Below are positions 28,065-36,876 of a DNA stretch of 64,000 nt, one piece after another; position 1 is the stretch's first letter; the number at the start of each line of letters is the position of its first letter. Under the pieces are notes generated by a model. That model was not told the DNA's origin and made no database searches. It worked only from the letters and a program-made list of their open reading frames with translations. The stretch is from a virus: the IMG/VR virus record IMGVR_UViG_3300031647_000001, one strand, 5' to 3'. A program made the position numbers and the translations under genes.

Positions 28065-28935
28065 CATATACGATAACAAAACGTTAAAGAGAATGGATTA
28101 TGATTCTTTTGATGAGTTTGCTGCCGTGTTATTCAAGCTTGCAAAAAGTACAAAGTATCCTACTAAGAAGGATGCTCCGCTCATAAGTCCCGCAATCTAT
28201 ACTAAAGATTCGACAAGATCGAATGCTTCAGTTATTTCGTGGGCTGGTTGGTGCGCAGTTGATGTCGATACTGCAGTTGAAGGTGAGCCATGGAAGGCCT
28301 ACAGCCATATTCAATATAGTACTGCATCTTCTACGAAAGAGTTACCAAAGTTTAGATTAGTGTTTCCACTATCACGTTGGGTTGACAATACAGAGATCAA
28401 GCATTTCTGGTATGCCTTAAACAAAGAAATGGGAGAGATTGGTGATATACAAACTAAAGATTTATCTCGTATGTATTATATACCAGCAACATATGATGGC
28501 GCTAACAACTTTATAAACAAGTTTAATGAAGGCCTCATGATGGATCCGGATAAAATAATGGCTAAGCATAAGTTTGTTTCAAACGATCCTATGTCAAAAT
28601 GGCCTGAAGCTATTCGTAAAGGAATCATTGAACACACTAAGAAAAGTTTAAACAATACTAGTTATACATGGACAGGATATAAAGATTGTCCATTCGTTAA
28701 TCAAAGAAAAGTAGATGAGTATAAAGCTCAGTCAGATGGTTGGTACTATTCAATGTATCAACTTATGGTATCGATTGCAGGTAATGCAATTAGTAAAGGT
28801 TATCCAATAACTTCGAAAGAAGTAGAATATCTCATAAGAGATCTGGATAGTGAAACCGGTAATTGGTATGTCAAAAGACCAATCACTAAAGAAGCTGAAA
28901 GAGCAATTGAGTTCGTATTCAGTAAAAACATATAG
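28030..28935 (+). CDS. AEP-superfamily primase/Prim-Pol-like protein
   Basis: hhhDVD motif I, YSTAS, FRLVFPL, D...D.SRMYY.P; helical C-terminal domain. Confidence 0.7.
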   Translation: METMVSLTIFDNIYDNKTLKRMDYDSFDEFAAVLFKLAKSTKYPTKKDAPLISPAIYTKDSTRSNASVISWAGWCAVDVDTAVEGEPWKAYSHIQYSTASSTKELPKFRLVFPLSRWVDNTEIKHFWYALNKEMGEIGDIQTKDLSRMYYIPATYDGANNFINKFNEGLMMDPDKIMAKHKFVSNDPMSKWPEAIRKGIIEHTKKSLNNTSYTWTGYKDCPFVNQRKVDEYKAQSDGWYYSMYQLMVSIAGNAISKGYPITSKEVEYLIRDLDSETGNWYVKRPITKEAERAIEFVFSKNI

Positions 28936-28944
28936 GAAAATATT

Positions 28945-29478
28945 GTGATGTTTGATAAATTTGAAGAAATAACTATGAAGATTTTAATTTGGGTTTGCGT
29001 CTTAGCCTGGCCAGCATTGGTATTGTTTTTAATGTTTGCTCCAATAGCAAATGCATCAGATGAAAATGGCGACAGATATTGTTTAGCTCAGAATATATAC
29101 TTCGAAGCAGCCAATCAACCTTTAGCAGGAAGACTCGCAGTAGCACAAGTAGTATTGAATAGAGCTGCTGATAATCAGTTTCCCGATTCAATCTGTGATG
29201 TTGTATACCAAGCTAAGATAGGAACAAACTGGAAAGGTAATGAATATCCAATCAGAAACATGTGTCAGTTCAGTTGGTTCTGTGATGGCAAATCTGATGA
29301 GCCAACCGATTCAGTCACATGGATGGATTCTCTACGAGTAGCTGATATGGTCATATACGAACAAGCCATTGATTTGACTGAAGGGGCTTTATGGTATCAC
29401 AACGATCAAGTAGATCCGTATTGGAATGATTACCTTACACAAACTATAACTATTAATAACCACATATTCTACAAATGA
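28945..29478 (+). CDS. SleB-like cell wall hydrolase (Hydrolase_2) with N-terminal TM/signal
   Basis: CLAQNIYFEA, VAQVVLNR, FP..IC.VVYQ, QFSW, HIFY motifs. Confidence 0.9.
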   Translation: MMFDKFEEITMKILIWVCVLAWPALVLFLMFAPIANASDENGDRYCLAQNIYFEAANQPLAGRLAVAQVVLNRAADNQFPDSICDVVYQAKIGTNWKGNEYPIRNMCQFSWFCDGKSDEPTDSVTWMDSLRVADMVIYEQAIDLTEGALWYHNDQVDPYWNDYLTQTITINNHIFYK

Positions 29479-29963
29479 GAAATTTTAACTTAACAGAAAT
29501 CGACTACGATGCTTGGCATAGCCGTTCTATAGAAGAAGCCAATTTAACTAGAACCAATAAAAGCTTTAAAGAGTCAAAGCAATTTACAAATGGTATGTGG
29601 ATTAAAAGAACGTATGACCATTTAGTATGGCAAACTAAAAGAGGCCAAGCTGCAGAGCAATTCTTAATGACTCACTGCGGTTATTCAGACGACGACGGAA
29701 AATGCAGAGATGTACGTAATCCTCTTGGAGAGTCTGTTGAAGTCAAAGTTATAGGTGATATGAATTATCTAGAAAGTAACCTTATTAAATGGGGAGAACT
29801 TGTAAAGCTAGCTTGGACCGGCTGGCCAACAATTCTAGAAGTATGGCATAGTCCATCAAAGACACAAGGCGTATATAACCCAGAGTATAAGTACGTTGGT
29901 AGATACCATTGGAACACTACAGTTGGTAGTAAGTTCTATCAATCATGGGTCAAACAAAATTAA
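29475..29963 (+). CDS. Putative PD-(D/E)xK endonuclease-like protein
   Basis: AE.FL ... RDVRNPLGESVEVK catalytic-like pattern. Confidence 0.45.
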   Translation: MRNFNLTEIDYDAWHSRSIEEANLTRTNKSFKESKQFTNGMWIKRTYDHLVWQTKRGQAAEQFLMTHCGYSDDDGKCRDVRNPLGESVEVKVIGDMNYLESNLIKWGELVKLAWTGWPTILEVWHSPSKTQGVYNPEYKYVGRYHWNTTVGSKFYQSWVKQN

Positions 29964-29971
29964 AAAAAGAG

Positions 29972-30000
29972 TGTACATTTGCTGTATACTATGATATAAT
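29972..30000 (+). promoter_or_regulatory. Sigma70-like promoter heading the DNA-modification operon
   Basis: TGTACA-N17-TATAAT. Confidence 0.8.
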
Positions 30001-30024
30001 AGATATATTATTTAAGGAATTGAT

Positions 30025-30393
30025 ATGAAAGAAAGTTTAAAAGTTTTACAAGAGTGTGCTGAATTACAAGCTAGAAAATCTGATGATTACCAGAATCAGG
30101 AATCTAACGTTACTCAAGCAATGCATTATCGCAGAGGTGTAGATAGTATACACGATATTATAAACGGTAAAATGTTACGAGCACAATCGCTGCTCGAAGC
30201 AGGCCAACATGGTGACCCAAATTTTGAGTCCCTAGAAGATACCTACAAGGATATGATTAATTACGCATCCTTTGCAGTATCATTTATGCGTGGCAAAATG
30301 GAAGGTCAAGATCCTAACCGTGATTGCTTTAATAGACAAGCTAGACCTTTAGCAAGACCAAGTCACGAAACTGACGAGTGGGAAAGAACATGA
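30025..30393 (+). CDS. DUF1599 / nucleotide-modification-associated all-alpha protein
   Basis: RKSDDY ... ESLEDTYKDMINYA pattern. Confidence 0.7.
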   Translation: MKESLKVLQECAELQARKSDDYQNQESNVTQAMHYRRGVDSIHDIINGKMLRAQSLLEAGQHGDPNFESLEDTYKDMINYASFAVSFMRGKMEGQDPNRDCFNRQARPLARPSHETDEWERT

Positions 30394-31049
30394 TGGAAAT
30401 ACCTGCAGTAAGACAATACTTTAAAACGCAATTAGCAATGGAACGATTTACTACTGATAGAAATGGTAGTAAAACAATTGAAATGATTGGTGCTTCATTT
30501 ATAGCAGATGAACCAGCTATATTTGGTAAACCTAATCAAGAATATATAGATGCTGAATTAGAATGGTACGAAAGCGAATCAACTAATATCACTGATATCT
30601 ATCCTGAAGGAGATAAAGAACCACCAAAGGCTTGGCAAGAAACAGCAAATGTTCATGGTGAAATTAATTCCAACTATGGTCATCTAATATACTCTGAAAA
30701 ATATTATAATCAATATGCTCAAGTAGTAGAAGAACTAGATCAAAATCCTGATAGCCGTAGAGCTGCTATGATTTATACACGTCCTAGCATTTGGCTAGAA
30801 TACAATGATCAGTTTAAAAACGATTTCATATGTACCAATGCAGTAACATATTATATTAGAGACGAGAAGCTACACAGTGTAGTTCAAATGAGATCTAATG
30901 ATGTTATCTTTGGTTATAGAAATGATTACGCTTGGCAAAAATATGTTCTAGACAAATTATCATATGATCTATATGTTCAATCTGGTGACATCCATTGGCA
31001 AGTACAGAACTTACATGTATACGAGAGGCATTTCGATTTAGTAAAATGA
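30390..31049 (+). CDS. gp42: dCMP hydroxymethylase-like enzyme (thymidylate synthase superfamily, T4 gp42 type)
   Basis: KTIEMIGASFIADEP.IFG, ELEWY, GEINSNYG, QNPDSRR..MIYTRPS, DFICTN and RSNDVIFGYRNDYAWQKYVLDKL closely follow T4 gp42 as recalled; the dCMP-specifying Asp is in RND. Confidence 0.92.
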   Translation: MMEIPAVRQYFKTQLAMERFTTDRNGSKTIEMIGASFIADEPAIFGKPNQEYIDAELEWYESESTNITDIYPEGDKEPPKAWQETANVHGEINSNYGHLIYSEKYYNQYAQVVEELDQNPDSRRAAMIYTRPSIWLEYNDQFKNDFICTNAVTYYIRDEKLHSVVQMRSNDVIFGYRNDYAWQKYVLDKLSYDLYVQSGDIHWQVQNLHVYERHFDLVK

Positions 31050-31498
31050 ATAATAATAAATGGTATCCAAGATATTTAGAACTAGCCAAGCTTGTAGCTA
31101 CATGGAGTAAAGATCCAAGTACTCAAGTTGGAGCTGTTGCAGTAGGAAATAAAGGTCAAATATTAGCTCAAGGTTATAACGGATATCCTCGAGGATTTGA
31201 CGATACTAACTATGAAAATAAAGAACATAAGTATGCACGTATAGTCCATGCTGAAATGAATTGTATATACAACGCTTCATGGAATGGAGTATCTCTAAAT
31301 GAAGCTACATTGTTTGTTTGGGGATTACCAGTTTGTCATGAATGCGCTAAAGCTATTATCCAAGTTGGAATAAAGACCGTTGTAATACCACTAACCACGC
31401 AAGAGATTCCGCAAAAATGGGATGACTCTTTTAGATTAACTACTAAATTTTTCGTTGATGCAGGCGTAAAAGTAGAGATACACGATATAAAATTATGA
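31046..31498 (+). CDS. cd: dCMP deaminase
   Basis: WSKDPSTQVGA, GYNG, HAEMN and PVCHEC zinc-binding motifs; ATGA overlap with gp42. Confidence 0.93.
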   Translation: MNNNKWYPRYLELAKLVATWSKDPSTQVGAVAVGNKGQILAQGYNGYPRGFDDTNYENKEHKYARIVHAEMNCIYNASWNGVSLNEATLFVWGLPVCHECAKAIIQVGIKTVVIPLTTQEIPQKWDDSFRLTTKFFVDAGVKVEIHDIKL

Positions 31499-31788
31499 AA
31501 AAATTTGATGTAAAAGAAATAGAACACAGCAAAAGAATATTTAAATCTGCTACTCCAAAATACACACTTGATTGGTATGTAAAATGGGTGGCATCGGTAT
31601 TCGTATTAGCTGCAATGTCAATACGAGGTATTGATGGTTGGCAACTATATGATTTACTCCTGTCAGCTACGGGTGTAGGTCTATGGACAGTAGTTGCACT
31701 GCTTTGGAAAGATAGAGCATTGATTCTATTAAACTCGGTAGGATTTATACTACTAATAAGAAACTTAATAACGTATATATCCTCATGA
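31495..31788 (+). CDS. Small multi-pass membrane protein
   Basis: DWYVKWVAS...WKDRALILLN, three hydrophobic segments. Confidence 0.7.
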   Translation: MKKFDVKEIEHSKRIFKSATPKYTLDWYVKWVASVFVLAAMSIRGIDGWQLYDLLLSATGVGLWTVVALLWKDRALILLNSVGFILLIRNLITYISS

Positions 31789-32231
31789 GATTAGATTATA
31801 AGAACGTCGGAAAGATAGGAATAACATTCTCATGTTTCGATTTATTGCATGCTGGTCATGTCACAATGCTCGAAGAAGCAAAAAGACACTGTGACTATTT
31901 AATAGTAGGATTACAGACAGATCCAAGCATAGACCGACCAGAAAAAAATAAGCCAATCCAATCTATTGTAGAAAGACAAATACAATTAGCTGGACTTAAA
32001 TACGTAGATGAGATAGTAACATACCAAACAGAAAATGATATTATGGATTTACTATTAACATTACCTATAAGTGTCAGAGTAGTTGGCGAAGATTACAAGG
32101 GAAAAGAATTCACTGGTAAAGAGCTCTGTATCCAACAGAAAATTAAAATCATATATAATAGTAGGAAGCACAGTTTTAGTACTTCAACATTGAGAGAAAG
32201 GTTACATGAGAATAGCAATAACAGGAAGTAA
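31785..32231 (+). CDS. TagD-like cytidylyltransferase (HIGH family)
   Basis: FSCFDLLHAGH, LIVGLQTD, KNKP...ER, G.DY, RKHSFSTS motifs. Confidence 0.88.
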   Translation: MRLDYKNVGKIGITFSCFDLLHAGHVTMLEEAKRHCDYLIVGLQTDPSIDRPEKNKPIQSIVERQIQLAGLKYVDEIVTYQTENDIMDLLLTLPISVRVVGEDYKGKEFTGKELCIQQKIKIIYNSRKHSFSTSTLRERLHENSNNRK

Positions 32232-33051
32232 CGGTTACATAGGCAAACGCTTAATAGAAAAATTAAAAGGTAGCGGTCACGATATCTTAGAAATAGATCT
32301 TATTAGGCAGCAAGATTATTACAATCGTGAAGTTAATATTAAAGGTCCAAAGGTATCTTGGAATATCACTACTACACCTTATCATGGTGGATTGCCATGG
32401 TGTTGGATACAATACGATTGTGTAGTCCATTTAGCAGCTTTAGTTAAAGTTGGTGAAAGCGTTGAAAAGCCATGGGAATACTATAATACTAATATCAATG
32501 GTACTCGAAACGTTATCGAAGCATTTCCAGGAGCTAAATTTATTTTTGCTTCAACAGGTGCAGCTTTTGATCCAACGTCTCCTTATGCAAAATCGAAAGT
32601 AGTTGCAGAAGATATAGTAAGAAGTCTATGTGATGACTATACAGTATTTAGATTCTTTAATGTCGGGGGTGGAAAACCAAATAACCCTGAAGGATTATAT
32701 GCCGCTACGCAAAACGCAATTAAATCTGGTGAGTTTACTATTTGGGGAGATGATTATAATACAAGCGATGGAACATGTGTAAGAGATTACGTACACGTCG
32801 ATGATATATGTAATGCAATTATCCGTGCAATCGATAAGCCTGGAAGCTGGGCTGATTACGAACCATTAGGATCAGGACAATCATACACAGTTAAACAATA
32901 CATGGAAACGTTTCTAAAAGTAAACGGTCCATTGTTCGAGCTCAAATACGGACCTCGTAGACCTGGAGATAACGAGTATTCTGCAGTTCCATTTAAGTCA
33001 AAATTTATAACACCAGAAAAAACATTAGAAGATATAGTGAGGATAACATAA
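32206..33051 (+). CDS. galE: GalE-type NAD-dependent UDP-sugar 4-epimerase
   Basis: TGSNGYIG, HLAA..VGES..KP, YAKSK, DGTCVRDYVHV. Confidence 0.85.
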   Translation: MRIAITGSNGYIGKRLIEKLKGSGHDILEIDLIRQQDYYNREVNIKGPKVSWNITTTPYHGGLPWCWIQYDCVVHLAALVKVGESVEKPWEYYNTNINGTRNVIEAFPGAKFIFASTGAAFDPTSPYAKSKVVAEDIVRSLCDDYTVFRFFNVGGGKPNNPEGLYAATQNAIKSGEFTIWGDDYNTSDGTCVRDYVHVDDICNAIIRAIDKPGSWADYEPLGSGQSYTVKQYMETFLKVNGPLFELKYGPRRPGDNEYSAVPFKSKFITPEKTLEDIVRIT

Positions 33052-34160
33052 TGAAAATATTAATAACCGGAATGAATAAAAATCAAACAACAAAAGATTT
33101 CTATTTAAGACAACAGCTAAAGGTAGTACCATCACACTATTCATTGATTCGATGTTTAGAAGATATGGGACACGAGGTAGAGCAAAGATTAGTAAAGATC
33201 GGAGAAGATCTAGGAGATTATGACAAAGTAATCTGTTTCCTAGCATCACCTAGACAAGCTTTACAATTAGCGTTCTATAATGGACTATGGGCTATTCACG
33301 CTACCGCAAAGCATAACCTTATTCTTGCAATGGATGATTGGCAGACAGAAGATATCTTTAAAGGTATTCAATCATGTACAGATAAGGAATCACTCTTAAA
33401 AGAATTTACCATCGGACAAAACAAGATGTGTGACCCTGATATGTCATATGAACTATTAGAACCACATGCTGAAACTTTGTTAGATGCTGTTAAATTCATT
33501 GGAGAGAAAAGAAGGCCAATGTTGTTATCAGTGTTTATGGGTGGTGACATGTCTAAGCTCATTAATTATCCTGAAGATTTATTAGTAGGATATGATCCTA
33601 ATCCATATCATAGGAATCGAACTCCTGGAAATAGAGGCGATATCGAAATAGAAGATATGGAATTCATGGAGCAATCTCTGATGCCAAGTATAGAAGAAGA
33701 TACTATTGGACCCGATGAGAAAGCTATGGTCTTTAACTTCGCTTCACTTGTACAAGGTAAAACAAAACGTTGGTTAAAGCAGCAAAACGTTAGTGAGTGG
33801 GATATCGAATTCTTTGGATCTAGAAAAGAAAAACAAAGACGATTACTCGAAAGTGATATGTGTAAAGTATATGCAGAACAATGGGGAAGTTTAATGCCAG
33901 GTTACCCTCATGCAGGTTCAGGTTGGTGGAGAGCTAGACCTTATCAAGTAGCTGATGGTGGTTCTATTCTAATTGGTGAATACGACGAAATGTATTTGCT
34001 ATATGGAGACGAATACCTTGCAGGCTTAACTGCTCAAAACCTAGAAGAAATGAATATAGAAGAACTAACTTCTGTAGCAGAACGCCAAAAAGATGCGCTA
34101 TATAGTAGGCATCCATTGGATAAAAGAAAGCAACAGAAAGAACTAGGTGTTATTCTGTGA
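33051..34160 (+). CDS. GT-B glycosyltransferase, putative DNA (hydroxy/hydroxymethyl-cytosine) glycosyltransferase
   Basis: N-terminal MKILITGMNK strand, DIEFFG (as in T4 BGT NIEFFG), W.R.RPYQ...GSILIG C-domain pattern; operon context. Confidence 0.7.
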   Translation: MKILITGMNKNQTTKDFYLRQQLKVVPSHYSLIRCLEDMGHEVEQRLVKIGEDLGDYDKVICFLASPRQALQLAFYNGLWAIHATAKHNLILAMDDWQTEDIFKGIQSCTDKESLLKEFTIGQNKMCDPDMSYELLEPHAETLLDAVKFIGEKRRPMLLSVFMGGDMSKLINYPEDLLVGYDPNPYHRNRTPGNRGDIEIEDMEFMEQSLMPSIEEDTIGPDEKAMVFNFASLVQGKTKRWLKQQNVSEWDIEFFGSRKEKQRRLLESDMCKVYAEQWGSLMPGYPHAGSGWWRARPYQVADGGSILIGEYDEMYLLYGDEYLAGLTAQNLEEMNIEELTSVAERQKDALYSRHPLDKRKQQKELGVIL

Positions 34161-35161
34161 AGATATTAGTAGTTGGCGCTGGATTTGCTGGTGCAGTTAT
34201 AGCAAGGGAATGCGCAGAACAAGGACACACGATAGATGTAATAGATCAAAGAGATCACATTGGTGGTAATGCTTATGACTACACTGATGAAAATGGAATA
34301 CGAATTCATAAATATGGTCCACATCTCTTTCATACAAACAACGTTGATGTAGTGAAGTGGCTATCTAGATTTACTGAATGGACTCAGTATCAGCATAAAG
34401 TTAAAGCTCAATTGGATGATGGACGTTATGTTACTCTACCAGTTAATAAAGAAACAAAAGAAATAGTGGGTGAAGAGAATGTACTAGATATTTTCTTTAG
34501 ACCTTACACTTATAAGATGTGGGGTAAAACATTAGATGAATTAAATCCTGCAATAATAAACAGAGTTCCAATACGAGATGATGATAATGAGTTGTATTTT
34601 CCTAATGACAAGTATCAGCAAATGCCGAAAGAAGGTTATACTAAGTTGTTTGAGAATATCTTTAGTCATACTAATATTAACGTATGTACTTCAGTAGCTT
34701 TCAATAAATTAATGGAAGAGGATTATGATTATATCTTTAACTCGATGCCTATAGATGAGTACTTTGATAATTGCCATGGTGAATTGCCATATAGATCTAT
34801 CAAGTTTCATAACGTAACACTAAATCAAACTAAAGTTTTACCAACAGGAACAGTTAATTTTACACATGATGGTCCATTTACAAGAGTAACCGAATGGAAG
34901 AATATAGCAAATCACGGAGTAAACGACTATAAAACAGTGCTTACTTACGAAGAGCCATGTGATTATAAGGATAATAATATGGAAAGATACTATCCAGTTC
35001 AAGACGTAGAAGGAACTAATAGAGATACGTATAAGAAATACAAAGATATGGTAGACGAATCTAAAATGAAATTTATCGGAAGGTGCGGTCAATATGTTTA
35101 TATCGATATGCACATGGCAGTTGGCGGAGCATTAGCAGTAGCAAGGAAATTTTTAAAATGA
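34157..35161 (+). CDS. glf: UDP-galactopyranose mutase
   Basis: VGAGFAG FAD motif, HIGGNAYD, IHKYGPHLFHT, YTYKMWG, RYYP, GRCG.Y.Y.DM. Confidence 0.95.
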   Translation: MKILVVGAGFAGAVIARECAEQGHTIDVIDQRDHIGGNAYDYTDENGIRIHKYGPHLFHTNNVDVVKWLSRFTEWTQYQHKVKAQLDDGRYVTLPVNKETKEIVGEENVLDIFFRPYTYKMWGKTLDELNPAIINRVPIRDDDNELYFPNDKYQQMPKEGYTKLFENIFSHTNINVCTSVAFNKLMEEDYDYIFNSMPIDEYFDNCHGELPYRSIKFHNVTLNQTKVLPTGTVNFTHDGPFTRVTEWKNIANHGVNDYKTVLTYEEPCDYKDNNMERYYPVQDVEGTNRDTYKKYKDMVDESKMKFIGRCGQYVYIDMHMAVGGALAVARKFLK

Positions 35162-36342
35162 ATTACGCATCAATAGTACCCTTAATTGGCGGGTCAACAA
35201 TAGCCATGCAAAACGTATTTGGTAAAAGACCAGAATATATGATGACATACGATGGGTTTCAAGATAATGAAAAGCATCTTATTAATTATTATAATAATGA
35301 AGTACCATATTATAATCTATCAGAAGGACCTAAACCAACTCATAACGTTGATGTAGTAAATACAGTATGTCCTTGTGCAGGATTAAGTTCTCTATCGGTT
35401 GCATCTAGTTCTACTAATGAAGCTAATGACTGGATGGTCACTTCTGCAGAATACGTACTAAGTACAGTTAAACCTAAAGTATTCTGGGGAGAGAATGCAC
35501 CGAGGCTAGCATCTAAAATGGGTGAGCCCGTAGTAGAAAAATTAAGAAGGATTGCTTATAGACATGGATATACATTTTCATTGCTACAAACTAAGTCAAT
35601 ACTCCATGGGCTAAGCCAAACTAGAGATCGATCATTCTATTTCTTTTGGAAAGATAGTAAAGTTCCTCTCTTTGATTATATTCATGAAGCACCAGGAAAC
35701 ATAGCAGAAGATATTAGATCAATATCCTTAGATAGTAGTGATCCAATGTCAGCTTTAACTAATGAAAAAACACCCTCAGAAAATCCATTTTATCGATATG
35801 TATTAGAAGCAATCGAAGGTGGTATTACTCATAAAGAATTCAGTTCCAAGCTTACTAAATCATGTAACGTTATGGACTATATAGAAGAACATACGAATTA
35901 TAAAGAAGTTTCAGTTTGGATGGAAGAGCATGGATTTGAAAAAGAATCTAAGAGATGCTTGACAATGTATCACAAATTAAAATCAGGTGGCAATATTATG
36001 AGAAAGAATATTGAAGTACCATGTGATAAAATTGGTGCATTTGTTGGTCATCTACCAACTATGTTAACTCATCCAGATGAAGACAGATTCTTGACTGTAA
36101 GGGAAGCCTTATACATTATGAGAATGCCAAGTGATTTTGAATTGCTTGACCCTAAAAGAACACTAAACCATATATGTCAAAACGTTCCGGTTACAACTGC
36201 AGAGTTTGCAGCTAAACAGATCTATAAATATTTAAATGGACAGATTGATTTAGTAGACACAGATTTTCTTATTCAAGATAATCGAAAAAAAGCCATAAAA
36301 TATCAAAAAAACAGTGTACAACTCGACAGTTTTATGGTATAA
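35158..36342 (+). CDS. C5-cytosine DNA methyltransferase-like protein with atypical motif I
   Basis: Catalytic PC (CPCAGLS), ENAP (motif VI), QTRDR (motif VIII), R.LTVRE and QNVP (motif X); motif I reads VPLIGG; start by ATGA overlap at 35158. Confidence 0.8.
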   Translation: MNYASIVPLIGGSTIAMQNVFGKRPEYMMTYDGFQDNEKHLINYYNNEVPYYNLSEGPKPTHNVDVVNTVCPCAGLSSLSVASSSTNEANDWMVTSAEYVLSTVKPKVFWGENAPRLASKMGEPVVEKLRRIAYRHGYTFSLLQTKSILHGLSQTRDRSFYFFWKDSKVPLFDYIHEAPGNIAEDIRSISLDSSDPMSALTNEKTPSENPFYRYVLEAIEGGITHKEFSSKLTKSCNVMDYIEEHTNYKEVSVWMEEHGFEKESKRCLTMYHKLKSGGNIMRKNIEVPCDKIGAFVGHLPTMLTHPDEDRFLTVREALYIMRMPSDFELLDPKRTLNHICQNVPVTTAEFAAKQIYKYLNGQIDLVDTDFLIQDNRKKAIKYQKNSVQLDSFMV

Positions 36343-36343
36343 T
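36315..36343 (+). promoter_or_regulatory. Sigma70-like promoter for ahpC-rpsU-uvsX
   Basis: TGTACA-N17-TATAAT. Confidence 0.8.
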
Positions 36344-36366
36344 ATACTAATATTGAGGAAAAAAAT

Positions 36367-36876
36367 ATGTTAAATACAAACGAAAAATTTCCAGGATTTA
36401 TGCTTAACGGCGTAAACTCGGAAAATCAAATTGTTCAAGTTAAATCAGAAGATCTTTCTGGTTCTTGGGCAGTCATTTACTTCTACCCAAAAGACTTTAC
36501 GTTCATTTGTCCAACTGAAATTTCAGGTATGGATAAACTATGCGAAGAGGCTATTGTAATGGGAGTATCTGGTGATAATGAATATTGTAAGCAAGCTTGG
36601 AAAAAATCCAATCCGCTTATAAAAGACATTACACATACACTGGCAGCCGATCCCGGTTTGTCATTAGCAGGAAGATGTGATATCATTAATATGATTGATC
36701 TTGTAGCAAATAGAGCAACGTTCATTATCGACCCTGAAGGTATAATCCAACATTCATCAATGAATGCAATGGATACTGGAAGGAACGTAGATGTACTATT
36801 ACAAACTCTCGAGGCACTTAAAGCAGGCGGTTTAACCGGATGTGATTGGGTTGCAGGAGAGCAGTTCGTTGCCTAG
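36367..36876 (+). CDS. ahpC: 2-Cys peroxiredoxin (AhpC/TSA)
   Basis: [27 protein letters not shown]. Confidence 0.95.
   Translation: MLNTNEKFPGFMLNGVNSENQIVQVKSEDLSGSWAVIYFYPKDFTFICPTEISGMDKLCEEAIVMGVSGDNEYCKQAWKKSNPLIKDITHTLAADPGLSLAGRCDIINMIDLVANRATFIIDPEGIIQHSSMNAMDTGRNVDVLLQTLEALKAGGLTGCDWVAGEQFVA

Noticed and set aside
30390-31049. Calling this ORF a thymidylate synthase (thyA)
   Set aside because: It has Asp rather than the TS Asn at the specificity position (RNDY), follows the gp42 sequence closely, and thyX is present separately.
31046-31498. dCMP deaminase as a sign of uracil-based DNA modification
   Set aside because: T4 also carries both cd and gp42; it simply supplies dUMP for ThyX.
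36367-36876. Peroxiredoxin as part of the modification operon
   Set aside because: It has its own promoter (36315-36343) and is a common phage auxiliary gene; no evidence links it to the sugar pathway.
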